Below are positions 1 through 9,906 of a stretch of DNA of 64,000 nucleotides, piece after piece. Both the position numbers and the translations under genes were made by a program. Origin of the DNA: an uncultured Acidobacteriota bacterium (GTDB lineage Bacteria; Acidobacteriota; UBA6911); NCBI GenBank assembly GCA_963809485.1, contig CAWEJX010000001.1:224001-288000 (forward strand). Reading direction: 5' to 3'. The notes below the pieces were generated by a model. That model was not told the DNA's origin. It saw only the letters and a list, made by a program, of their open reading frames with translations, and ran no database searches. Position 1 is the stretch's first letter, and every line of letters starts with the position of its first letter.

Positions 1-314
1 TGCTTTGTTGCGTTTCAGACCCTATTTCCAGAACATTAACGGCCGTTTCCCTGCTCCCTCCCGCCCCGTCCGGATGTTTAGTTTTTTCCGGCTTTGTGAT
101 TTTTATCACGCAGTTCCCGATTCCTGCCGATAGGTATTAATACGTAGCTCGATTTGGGTACTTTGGCGTATTGAGCCTTCAACCAAATTGCCTTTGAATA
201 AAGCCGGATTGGGAAAATAGACATATCGCCCGAAACGGCAAACAAATGACTGAAACGCGGATTAAACGGAAAACGCACATTCGGCTTGCTGGTATGCCAC
301 AATGGAGAGGCGCT

Positions 315-506
315 ATGACTGCATGCAGTTTCACAAAGCTGGTGCAATTGCTGGACAAGCAACTCAATCTGGACCAGAGGCTGGAAGTTCTGGAGCATCT
401 GGATTCATGCAAAATCTGCCGCGATGCCGTGTATCAGATATCCCGCGACAGAGACGAGGCTTTCTTCGTGCACCGTCCCTATAACGTAGAAAAAAACGTT
501 GCCTGA
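315..506 (+). CDS. Small zf-HC2 (anti-sigma-type zinc finger) protein
   Basis: HxxxCxxC motif (HLDSCKIC) with an upstream Cys (MTAC). SD GGAGAGG at 304-310 favours ATG 315 over 246. Confidence 0.65.
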   Translation: MTACSFTKLVQLLDKQLNLDQRLEVLEHLDSCKICRDAVYQISRDRDEAFFVHRPYNVEKNVA

Positions 507-548
507 TGCCTGTTCGGGAAAGTGCTCCTGGAACGCGCTTCGAGAAAA

Positions 549-3500
549 TCATGCCTCTGACTCCAAAACCTCAGGAAAGAGGTTTCCAAGAGGGGTCACG
601 CCCAGGTGAACCACCCGATCTACGATAGCAAGCTGATTCGGATCAACCTTTCCCCGCTTCAGCAGTAACGCCTCATTAAAAAGCACGTCCGCCCTTAATA
701 ACTCCAAACTCAGTAATGCCCGGATCTCCAGGGGATCGTCCATTTTGCCCTGGCTTACGGCCCGGGACGCATCCAGGAAGATCCGTATTCCCAGAGACCG
801 GAGACCGGCTCCAAGCAGGGGCGTGATGCTCGCGTGAAATGCCTCCGTTAGAATGGCCCCGAATTCGGCGAGGGCAGCCAATGCCTGGGAAGGGCCGGAC
901 GATTTGTGCTTCCTGAATGCGGCGATTTTGAGCCCCGCAGCCACCGCGTGACGGATTATTTGGGATTCAGCCCGCAACAGCTTATCTAGAATCGGGTGCC
1001 GCTCGTCTATATTTTCAAGAATCTTCCGGGCATCGGATGGTCGGAAGTCCGGGTCTTCAGCCAGGGCTGCCTGGGCCTGGCCTAAAAGCCTCTTCATGCG
1101 CTCGACAGTCCGCGATTCGTTGAGCATATTGCGCCGTATCTTTGGATCTGCGTAATCCCACAGCGGCCCATTCCCGGAAGCCCGGCAAGCGGGCACAAGC
1201 GCACAGTAGGCCAGGATCAGGCGCGCCGTCTCGAGCGACTGATACTTTTCGGGTTCCGTGAAGTAGCATTCGTGGATAATCCGCTTCAGGGAGGCCTGGA
1301 TAGCGATGGACATATCCTTGTATAGGGGATCTCCAGGGTCCGCAGGCAGATTCAGCCATGCCTGCCCTGCAAGCCTGGCGGCTGCCTGGGAAAACGATAC
1401 CCGAAGGGAAACCAGGCCGTTGCCGAGCAGATCGGGTCCGTTAGACAGAACCTCCTCCGTCCGCTGCTCCATCATGTCGATATAGTCGCCGACAACCGGG
1501 ATTTCCGCTTTGAAATAGGTTTCCACGGCCGGTCCTGCCTGGATCCGGAGATGCTTGCGCCGCAGGTCGCGCTTCGCATAAAGAAGCGTGTAATTCATCT
1601 CCATCGAATCTTCATGAATCCGGACGCCACCGCCGCCCGGCAGGTTCATGACCAGCGAAAGAATGCTCTTGCGCTGATTGCCCGCCATGATATCCGCGGA
1701 CTTCAGCGTGAACAGCAACTCGCCATCGGCCTCGGCTACTTCCGCAACGGCGACAGACTCATTCAGGTGCGATTGCCACGCACGCAGGAAAGGCATCGTG
1801 ACCTCGACCTCGGTCTGCCTTCGGATGCCGTGAGTAAGTTTTCCCAGGCCGATTTTAACCTGGGGGTGACGGGCTGTTAGAAGCTCCTCAAAGTTTCCCT
1901 CGACCGCCTTCCGGAATAGAGCCGACACGGATTCCGGGTTCACGCTGAAATCGAAACTCACATCGAGCAGTGCCTCCCGGCTGGTGTCTGACCCGCAGGC
2001 AGCCGTCCATTCGAAAACGTATTTGCGATGAAGCGCCTGCAGAGCTTTGTCATAAAGCTCCTGCCGCCTGGAGAGAAGCTGGTTCATCACGCCGCGAACC
2101 TTTTCCAGATCGCCAAAAGCCAGTTTGTCCAATCCGAGGAACTGCGCCAGCCTGCGTTGGAGAAAAGCGTCAAGTCGGGCGAATCCCGCTTCGTCCGCCG
2201 CCTGCGCAGCTTTGTCCAAATTGAGCTCCGTTTCCATGTAGCTTTGAAAACGCATCAGGATCCTCTCGGTGACATCCCCGTCGAGTATCTGCGAGACTTT
2301 TCTTCCGATGCCCTGGATATAGGAAACCGGTTTGGACAGCAGGCTGAGCGCACCGTCGTCCGCTGCCGCTTCGAGCAGCTGACCGGCCGGGGTGCGGAAT
2401 GAAACCGCCCGGCTCAGCTCTGCGTTCAATAGCAGGCGCAAGCCATCGGGCGTGATGTCGCCGAGGCGGTGCGCCAGCCTGCGAGCTTCGGCCAGGTCGG
2501 CCTTTTCCTCAACCATGCTCAACAGGGTCGAGGAAAGCTTGTGGGGCAGGTCGTGCCATTTCACGAGGAACTGGACGACATCCCGGTGAACCGCATCAAA
2601 CTGTTCGTGGAGGTTTTCGGCCGAAACTCCGGCCATGCAGGCGACCAGGTTTTCCGAGCCCTCCAGCCCGGCGTTCATCAGAAATCTCGAAAGAGGTACG
2701 GCCGGATCGTTCCATTGTTCCAGCAAACGCAGATCGCGCAGGATCTGCTGCCCGTGGCAGCCAAAAACTGCGGCAAGGAATCCCTCCATTCGATCGGGCA
2801 GTATTTTGTCCACTGCCTGCAGCGAAAGCCTCGCGTCGAGCGAAACGTCGAGTTGGCGGCTTTTGAGCCGGAAAAGGCGGAGCCGCAGGATGTTTTGATC
2901 GGTATCCCTGCTGATCACGATTGCGCAGCGCCCGCCCGCCGAAAATTCGGCGTCCGCAACGATTCCGGTCTGCAGACGCAGGCCAAGATCGCCCGACAAG
3001 CCGCCCAAAGCAGCCTCTCGCACCCAGCTAAAGCGGTAACCCAACTGGGATTCCAGGCGTAAGCGGATCATGCCAACGGTTTCCGCCATAATCCATGTCC
3101 CGGGCGGTACCTGTTCCGCAGAATGGATCTGGCGCGGCAGTATCCAGCTGTCCGCATTTGACTGGACGACATCGCGGGCGGGCATGGCGGCGGGAAGGCG
3201 GCGGATAACCGCAAAAACTCCTTCGTTCTCCCGGGAGGTCGCCAGAGCGGCTTTCCCCGTCGCTCCCAGCGCAACGGCGCCGTTCACCTTGCTGCCCGCG
3301 GCATATCCCCAGCGCAGCATGCTCAGAATAGAATTCCCATCGCATCCAAATTCCTGGGCCGAAAGCAAAAGATCTTCGACCTCATCTCCAAGACTGGACA
3401 GCAGGGTGTTGCCTGTTCGAAAGACACCGAAACCGGAAAATCTGCCGGCTTGCGCGGTGAAGCTGACTCTATCCCGGCCCTGCCCAAACTCAATCGGCAG

Positions 3501-3683
3501 GGGGGTCGATGCCTCCAGCCTGATCTCCGACATCACGATATCGCGGGAGGGGAACGGCTCCGAATCCGATGAAAGCGCAGCCTCTACGTCGGGCTGGAGG
3601 GGTCCCGTTGGCTTGAAACCCAATGAGGAGGCTTTATCGAGCAGGGACAGGTTCTTTTCGAACCGGAATTCTCTGACTTTCAC
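549..3683 (-). CDS. Large hypothetical protein (~1040 aa)
   Basis: Uninterrupted ORF 549..3707. GTG at 3683 is preceded by AGAGGA. No motif recognised. Confidence 0.8.
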   Translation of the reverse strand: MKVREFRFEKNLSLLDKASSLGFKPTGPLQPDVEAALSSDSEPFPSRDIVMSEIRLEASTPLPIEFGQGRDRVSFTAQAGRFSGFGVFRTGNTLLSSLGDEVEDLLLSAQEFGCDGNSILSMLRWGYAAGSKVNGAVALGATGKAALATSRENEGVFAVIRRLPAAMPARDVVQSNADSWILPRQIHSAEQVPPGTWIMAETVGMIRLRLESQLGYRFSWVREAALGGLSGDLGLRLQTGIVADAEFSAGGRCAIVISRDTDQNILRLRLFRLKSRQLDVSLDARLSLQAVDKILPDRMEGFLAAVFGCHGQQILRDLRLLEQWNDPAVPLSRFLMNAGLEGSENLVACMAGVSAENLHEQFDAVHRDVVQFLVKWHDLPHKLSSTLLSMVEEKADLAEARRLAHRLGDITPDGLRLLLNAELSRAVSFRTPAGQLLEAAADDGALSLLSKPVSYIQGIGRKVSQILDGDVTERILMRFQSYMETELNLDKAAQAADEAGFARLDAFLQRRLAQFLGLDKLAFGDLEKVRGVMNQLLSRRQELYDKALQALHRKYVFEWTAACGSDTSREALLDVSFDFSVNPESVSALFRKAVEGNFEELLTARHPQVKIGLGKLTHGIRRQTEVEVTMPFLRAWQSHLNESVAVAEVAEADGELLFTLKSADIMAGNQRKSILSLVMNLPGGGGVRIHEDSMEMNYTLLYAKRDLRRKHLRIQAGPAVETYFKAEIPVVGDYIDMMEQRTEEVLSNGPDLLGNGLVSLRVSFSQAAARLAGQAWLNLPADPGDPLYKDMSIAIQASLKRIIHECYFTEPEKYQSLETARLILAYCALVPACRASGNGPLWDYADPKIRRNMLNESRTVERMKRLLGQAQAALAEDPDFRPSDARKILENIDERHPILDKLLRAESQIIRHAVAAGLKIAAFRKHKSSGPSQALAALAEFGAILTEAFHASITPLLGAGLRSLGIRIFLDASRAVSQGKMDDPLEIRALLSLELLRADVLFNEALLLKRGKVDPNQLAIVDRVVHLGVTPLGNLFPEVLESEA

Positions 3684-3840
3684 TTGAGATGGTCCTCTTG
3701 CGGGCATCTTCGCCGAAAACAGACTGCCACGTCAAGAAGCGCTAGTTTTCGGCGAGCAGGGATACGCAGGCGGATGAGATTCATCGGCATACATCGCCGA
3801 GGTACGCCCGCAAGATCCGATGAGGCGCTTCCGATGGCGC

Positions 3841-5377
3841 TCATTGCCAGTACGTGCGATCCAGTGTCCGGTATTGAATCGCTTCGGCCACGTGGTGCGC
3901 CTGGATCTTTTCGCTGCCTTCAAGATCGGCCATAGTGCGCGATACCCGCAGGATCCTGTCGTAAGCGCGTGCGGACAAACCGATGCGGGTGATGGCATCC
4001 TCCATCTGTTTTTCGGATTCAGAATCCAGTTTGCAGAAGCGCCGGAGGGTGCGCGGCGTCATTTGGGCGTTGCAGTATATGCCAAAGGCTGCCAGGCGCT
4101 TGTATTGCATGGAACGGGCCGAGAGTATGCGTTCGCGAATAACTGCGGATTCCTCGGATTTCTCGTCCTGAGCCAGCTCCTTGTATTTGACCGCCGGGAC
4201 CTGGATATGAAGATCGATCCGGTCCAGCAGCGGTCCGGACACCCTGGCCAGATAACGCTGGATCAGGGGCGGTGTGCATGCTGCATTCGTGCAGCGCATC
4301 GCCATAATAGCCGCACTGGCATGGATTCATGGCCGCAGCCAGCATAAACCGCGCCGGAAATGTCAGAGACATCGTGGCGCGCGCGATGGTGACCTCTCCG
4401 TCCTCGAGCGGCTGGCGCAGCACGTCCAGTACGTGGCGCTGAAATTCAGGAAGCTCGTCCAGGAACAATACGCCGTTGTGCGCCAGGCTCACCTCCCCAG
4501 GCCTCGGGACCGTGCCTCCCCCGATCAGGCCGGCATCCGAAATGGTATGGTGCGGAGCCCGGAACGGCCGCGACGCAACCAGTCCGGCCTGATCCGAAAG
4601 CAGTCCCGCCACCGAATGGATCTTTGTGGTTTCGATGGCTTCGTCGAAACTCATGGGGGGAAGGATGGTCGGGAGTCTCCTGGCAAGCATCGTTTTACCG
4701 GAACCGGGCGGACCGATCAGCAGAATGTTGTGCCCGCCGGCAACGGCGACCTCCATGGCGCGCTTGGCCTGATATTGTCCTTTGACATCCTTGAAATCCA
4801 CGCCGTACATATCGCGTTGCGCCAGCAGCTGGGCACGGTCCACGGCTAATGGAATCCAGGGCTGTTTGCCGTTGAGCAGTTCAATCACCTGCGACAGGTT
4901 CCGCACGGGGAATGCCCGGACGCCATCGACAACAGCGGCCTCCCGGGCATTTGCCTCCGGAACAATCAGGTGATGGAGCCCTCTCTCCCGCGCCATCGCG
5001 GCCATCGAAAGCGTGCCCTTGATCGGCCGGATCGATCCATCCAGCGAAAGCTCTCCCATGAACAGGAAGGCGGACAAATTCTGGGCACGGACGCATCCGG
5101 ACGCTCCCAGAATTCCCACCGCCATCGGAAGGTCGAAAGCCGAGCCTTCTTTCTTCAGATCCGCGGGGGCCAGGTTGATCGTGATCCGCTGGGCCGGAAG
5201 GATAAACCCGCAGTTGCGCAGCGCGGCTTTGACCCTTTCGCTGCTTTCCCGCACAGCCGTGTCGGGAAGCCCCACAGTCATAAGATTCAGCCGCTGCCCC
5301 GAGCTGAGATCCACTTCCACATAAATCGGATACGCCTTGATACCGAAGACTGCAGCGGACTGAACCCGAAAAAGCAT
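3841..5377 (-). pseudogene. comM: YifB/ComM family Mg-chelatase-like AAA+ ATPase, split by a 1-nt frameshift near 4279
   Basis: N-part has [53 protein letters not shown] and AMNPCQCG. C-part ([23 protein letters not shown]...[14 protein letters not shown]) continues in another frame. Confidence 0.85.
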
Positions 5378-5493
5378 GGCCGGCATGCTCCCTTCGCTAT
5401 ATCCAACCGTCATCCGCGGGATTGAGCCAAAAAATATTTGCATTGAGTCCCCCACCCCTGAGTTGCCCATTATTGGTATAATGCTTTTTATTT

Positions 5494-7209
5494 TTGATTA
5501 AGGGAGTCCGGCCCATCCAACAGATAGATGGAAACACTTTAGGCATCAAACAGTCCCAGCGACGGGCATTGGAAAGGACCTTTCGCAGACGCGTGTCCCC
5601 GGCACAGGTCGTTTCGCCGGAGCTGGCCAGGCATCTTGCGGTTCTCTCCAGAGAGCTTGGCAGGCAGGTCGGCGTTCTGCTTTCCCGCGACGGCATCATC
5701 CGCAACGTGATTCTGGGAGACGCCACGCATCTGGAACTCCCGGACATCGGAAGGCTGCGCGGAGGGACCGGCAGGTTCCGGGGACTCCGCCTCGTCCACA
5801 CCCATCTGCGCGGCGAACCCCTCACGCAGGATGATCTGAACGACCTGGCTTTGCTGCGGCTGGACCTTGTCGCGATGATTCAGGCGGAAGAAGACGGAGA
5901 CGCGGGCCGAATTGAGATAGCGCATATCCTGCCGGGGATTGAAAGCGAAGGGCAAAACAAAGATCCTTTCCGCAGGATTGAAGCCCGGGACATTTTCCAT
6001 TTAAATTTCAATTTCGAGGAAGAGATCCGGGCACTGGAAAGCGAGTTTTCCAGGCTCATTGGAAGACAGGCGGGCGGCACGCAGAAGGAACGCGCCCTAA
6101 TCCTTTCCATAACACCCGGCCAAACCGCATTATCCGAAATAATGGAACTCGTCCGGGCGGCGGGAGTCGAGATCGCGGAAGCCATGCCTTTGTCGGGAGG
6201 AAGGATCCATCCGCGCACGGTTGTCGGGCAGGGACGTCTCCAGCGCATTGCCCTTACCGCAATGCGCCGCAGCGCCGACGTCGCCATTTTCGACATCGAC
6301 TTGAAACCCGCGCAGGCGCGCGCGTTTGAGGACATGACCGGCTTGAAGGCCGTCGACCGGACTCAGCTGATTCTGGACATATTCGCCCAGCGGGCGCGCA
6401 GCCGGGACGGCAAGCTTCAGGTGGAACTGGCGCAACTCAAGTATTCGCTGCCTCGCCTGACCGAGGAGGACGCCGGATTGTCGCGCCTGGTGGGCGGGAT
6501 TGGAGGACGGGGTCCGGGCGAGACCGTCCTGGAGATCGGCAGGCGGAGAGCGCGCAGCCGAATACGCAGCCTGGAAAAAGAAATCGGAAAGCTCTCCAGC
6601 CAGCGCGGGGTGCGCAGGAGCCGCAGGATCCGGCAAGGCCTGCCCGTGCTCTCCATTATTGGATATACAAATGCCGGCAAGAGCACCCTGCTGAATGCGC
6701 TGACCCAAAGCCGCATCGATACGGCGGATCAGATGTTTGTCACGCTGGATCCGACTTCGCGACGGCTTCGCTTCCCCCGCCGCGGCAACGTCATTGTCAC
6801 AGATACGGTCGGCTTCATCCGTGATCTTCCGCCGGATCTTGTCGCCGCCTTCAAAGCAACCCTCGAAGAGCTTTCCGAGGCCGACCTGCTTCTTCATGTC
6901 GTGGATGCCTCGGATCCACGCCTGGAGGTAAAAATGGAAGCTGTCGGCCGCGTTCTGACCGACCTGGACCTGGGATCCATCCCAAGGCTGGTGGTGATGA
7001 ACAAGACAGACCTGGCCGAGGCCTCAGCCGTCGAAACACTGTGCCGCCGCTACGATGCCGTAGCCGTCAGTGCGCTCAAACGTGAAGGCCTCGACCAGCT
7101 TCTGAAGGCAGCGGAAGCGGCAATGGACCGGCATCTGAATTTATCGATGGAGGATTCCCCTGCAAATTTGCCAATAGTATCCGGCGACAGCCTTGAGCCG
7201 GCGGACTAG
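5494..7209 (+). CDS. hflX: GTPase HflX (long N-terminal form)
   Basis: [32 protein letters not shown]1 [17 protein letters not shown]. Start uncertain. Confidence 0.93.
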   Translation: MIKGVRPIQQIDGNTLGIKQSQRRALERTFRRRVSPAQVVSPELARHLAVLSRELGRQVGVLLSRDGIIRNVILGDATHLELPDIGRLRGGTGRFRGLRLVHTHLRGEPLTQDDLNDLALLRLDLVAMIQAEEDGDAGRIEIAHILPGIESEGQNKDPFRRIEARDIFHLNFNFEEEIRALESEFSRLIGRQAGGTQKERALILSITPGQTALSEIMELVRAAGVEIAEAMPLSGGRIHPRTVVGQGRLQRIALTAMRRSADVAIFDIDLKPAQARAFEDMTGLKAVDRTQLILDIFAQRARSRDGKLQVELAQLKYSLPRLTEEDAGLSRLVGGIGGRGPGETVLEIGRRRARSRIRSLEKEIGKLSSQRGVRRSRRIRQGLPVLSIIGYTNAGKSTLLNALTQSRIDTADQMFVTLDPTSRRLRFPRRGNVIVTDTVGFIRDLPPDLVAAFKATLEELSEADLLLHVVDASDPRLEVKMEAVGRVLTDLDLGSIPRLVVMNKTDLAEASAVETLCRRYDAVAVSALKREGLDQLLKAAEAAMDRHLNLSMEDSPANLPIVSGDSLEPAD

Positions 7210-7403
7210 AGTCCGGCGGTGCCGGCTGTTTTGTCCTGTCCATCCGGCTTTTTGAAGCCCGGCCTTCGCGTCCTAGCCCTGCCCCTTTCCACTTGTGTCT
7301 CAACCTTAGGTTATGCAAAAATCAGCGCAAATTTTGTGACCATTTGAAAAGGAAGGCAATTCTGATAAAGCCGATCCTATTGCTTCGGAAAGGGAAAGCA
7401 AAC

Positions 7404-9161
7404 GTGAAAAGAAAGAATCTACTGACAAGTTCTCTGCTGCTGATTGCGGCAGCTCTGGCATTTGCCGGCCTGACGCCGCTTCAGGCCCAGCGCGGCAAGG
7501 CCTCCGCAAAACCGTTGATAACGGTCCTCAACCCGGCGATCGAAAGCAAGATGGTGGATCGCGTACCTTTGTCCCCGCGTCTGAATACGCTCGAGGGGAA
7601 AACACTCTATATGGTTGACATCGGCTGGGGCGGCCCTGATGCGGCCTACAGCGTGTTCGAGGAAATCCAGGCCTGGTTCCAGCAGAACATGCCCAGCGTT
7701 AAGACCGTCCTCAAAAGAAAGAAGGGACCTTACAGCCAGGACGATCCGCAACTCTGGAAGGAGATCGCCCAAAACGGAAATGCCGCATTGGTCGGCATAT
7801 CCGGCTGAGATGGCTGCACGTCGGCCGTGAGCCAACATGCAAAATCTCTTGAAAAAATGAACATCCCCACCGTAGGCGCCGCCGCCGCAAACATCGTGAA
7901 GTATGCGATGGGGTACGATTTTGAATACACCAACGGCATGCCCATCCGCTACGTAGGTTTCCCATTTCCCGTAGCCGGGCAGCCGAAATCCGTTCACCAC
8001 CGTTATGTATTTGAAAGCAAGGATGTTGTAAGCGGAAAGCCGATGATGACGGCCATCATCGACGCACTCACCAAGCCTTTGACGGAAAAAGAAAAGTTCG
8101 CCGGCAAACCGCCGGAAGCGATTCCGGAAAAGAGGCTTTTGGAGCCGGATACCGAAGACAACCTGCAGCAGCTCTTCAAGGACAAGGACTGGACCGACTA
8201 CTATCCCGTCACCCTTCCCACCGAAGAAAGAGTTGCCGCGATGCTCAAGGGCACCAGCCAGAAGCCGGACAAGGTCGTGAAAGTGCTCAGCTGGCCCGGC
8301 GGAGCGCGTGCGCTCACCGTGGAAAAAGCCGCGGTCTGCGCGGTCATGGCAGGAGCCAAGCCGGAGCATTTTCCCCTGGTTCTGGCCGTTTCCATGTCCC
8401 TGCCCTTCGGCAACTCCACTACTTCCATGGCGAACATGATTCTGGTCAACGGACCCATCCGGAACCAGGTGAAAATGAATTACGGCGGAAATGCCATGGG
8501 GCCGCACAATGAAGCCAATGCGGTGCTCGGCAGGGTCTTTACCCTGTTGTCGAAGACTGCGGGAGGCCTCCATGCCGGCAAGACCACCTTCAGCTCTATT
8601 GGAAGCAACCTCCAGTACAACAACGTCTGCATCGCTGAGAACGAAGAAGCCCTTCCCGCGGGATGGGATCCACTCCATGTGCAGATGGGTTTCAAGCCTA
8701 CGGATAGCGTCGTCAGCGTCGGCACCGGCTGGAGTTACATTTCCAGCGTGGGAGAAGTGCAAAGGTCCTATCCGGCGCAGTATCTGATACGGGATTACAT
8801 GAGATCTCTGGCTGCCATGGGCGGGGGCTCGATAATCCTGGATCCAACGGTTGCCGCCCTGCTGAAGGACACCCAGGGATTCAAAACCAAGGGCGAACTC
8901 AGCCAGTGGCTGGCCGATAATGTGGAAAAAACCGTTTCTTCCTATTGGGGCAATGGCGTCATTGCGACCTTTTCCGCGGCTATGGCGCTGCAGGGTCTCG
9001 AGCCTCAGGCGACTTGGATAAAAGCGCCTCCGGAAACATTGATCAAGCCTTTCAACGCCAAAGGTCTCCAGGTGATCGTGACCGGCGGTGGAATCCAGAC
9101 TACCTGGTTCGTAACCGATTTCAGACTCGGCAGAGGCACGCGGGTCGACGACTGGAAGTAA
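7404..9161 (+). CDS. Probable exported UGSC-family selenoprotein (~585 aa); in-frame UGA at 7806-7808 read as Sec in U-D-G-C
   Basis: ORFs 7293..7808 and 7827..9161 share a frame: GGC TGA GAT GGC TGC ACG TCG GCC GTG. Signal peptide MKRKNLLTSSLLLIAAALAFAG...AQ. C-terminal WTDYYPVTLPTEERVAAML domain. Hairpin at 7811-7834. Confidence 0.8.
7811..7834 (+). promoter_or_regulatory. Candidate bacterial SECIS hairpin
   Basis: TGGCT-G-CACG [TCGGC] CGTG-AGCCA, immediately 3' of the in-frame UGA. Confidence 0.5.
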
Positions 9162-9172
9162 TCAGCAGGCAT

Positions 9173-9225
9173 AAAGAAAAGCCACGTATTTTCACGGCTG
9201 CGTGAAATACGTGGCTTTTCTTTTT
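9173..9225 (+). terminator. Intrinsic terminator (possibly bidirectional)
   Basis: AAAGAAAAGCCACGTATT...AATACGTGGCTTTTCTTTTT inverted repeat with a T-tract. Confidence 0.8.
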
Positions 9226-9322
9226 CCGGCCCGAATTTTGGGCGGATTTCCTGCCGCAGCGTTTCAGGCGTCTGCACCAGCCCTGATTTGAAGGTCACAG
9301 GTCGCGATTTTTTTCACCGGTA

Positions 9323-9350
9323 TGTAATAATCAGGCTATCTGCGCGTCAT
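9323..9350 (+). promoter_or_regulatory. Candidate ECF-type (autoregulatory) promoter
   Basis: TGTAAT-N16-CGTCAT upstream of the ECF sigma gene. Confidence 0.35.
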
Positions 9351-9370
9351 GAGAGTCGGGGCAAACAAAT

Positions 9371-9889
9371 ATGGGAACGGCCGATAGACTCCCGGATGCG
9401 CAACCTTTCAATATGACTTCGCCGACGGAATTCGCCGCGCTTTATGAACGCAACCATGCCGCGGTCTATCACACGGCACTCCGCATCACCGGGAATCCGG
9501 CCGATGCAGAAGATGTCCTGCAAACCGTGTTTTTGCGAATACTTAGCCAGAGTGAGCGGCTCGAAGCCACCCGCTCGCCGGAGGCCTACCTGCGCCGGGC
9601 AGCGGCTAATGCCGCGATAGATCTGCTTCGACGCAGATCATCCCATGGCGAGGTCCGGCTTGAAGACAATGCCCCGCTCAGCGCCAGGGAAGAATCCGCA
9701 CTGTTAAAGGCGCAATTGAGAAATGCCGTCGCCGCGCTGGAGGAAAGCGACGCCATGCTTTTTCTGCTCCGATACGTCGAGGGGATGTCAAACGGCGAAC
9801 TGGCCGAAATGTTCGGCCAGGAGAAGAACAACATAGCCGTCCGGTTGCACCGCATCCGGCAGACTTTGCAGGCCGAAATGGACAGATAG
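9371..9889 (+). CDS. ECF RNA polymerase sigma-70 factor
   Basis: Region 2 DAEDVLQTVFLR...NAAIDLLRR. Region 4 FLLRYVEGMSNGELAEMF...VRLHR. Confidence 0.9.
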   Translation: MGTADRLPDAQPFNMTSPTEFAALYERNHAAVYHTALRITGNPADAEDVLQTVFLRILSQSERLEATRSPEAYLRRAAANAAIDLLRRRSSHGEVRLEDNAPLSAREESALLKAQLRNAVAALEESDAMLFLLRYVEGMSNGELAEMFGQEKNNIAVRLHRIRQTLQAEMDR

Positions 9890-9906
9890 AATAGGAGGTC
9901 GGTGAA

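Noticed and set aside
7806-7808. TGA as a simple nonsense mutation or genetic code 4/25 reassignment
   Set aside because: Many other genes here end in TGA, so the code is standard. The position in a U-x-x-C motif with a 3' hairpin favours Sec, although a nonsense mutation is not formally excluded.
7419-8762. 447 aa minus-strand ORF opposite the selenoprotein
   Set aside because: Shadow ORF typical of GC-rich coding DNA; the plus strand carries the signal peptide and family motifs.
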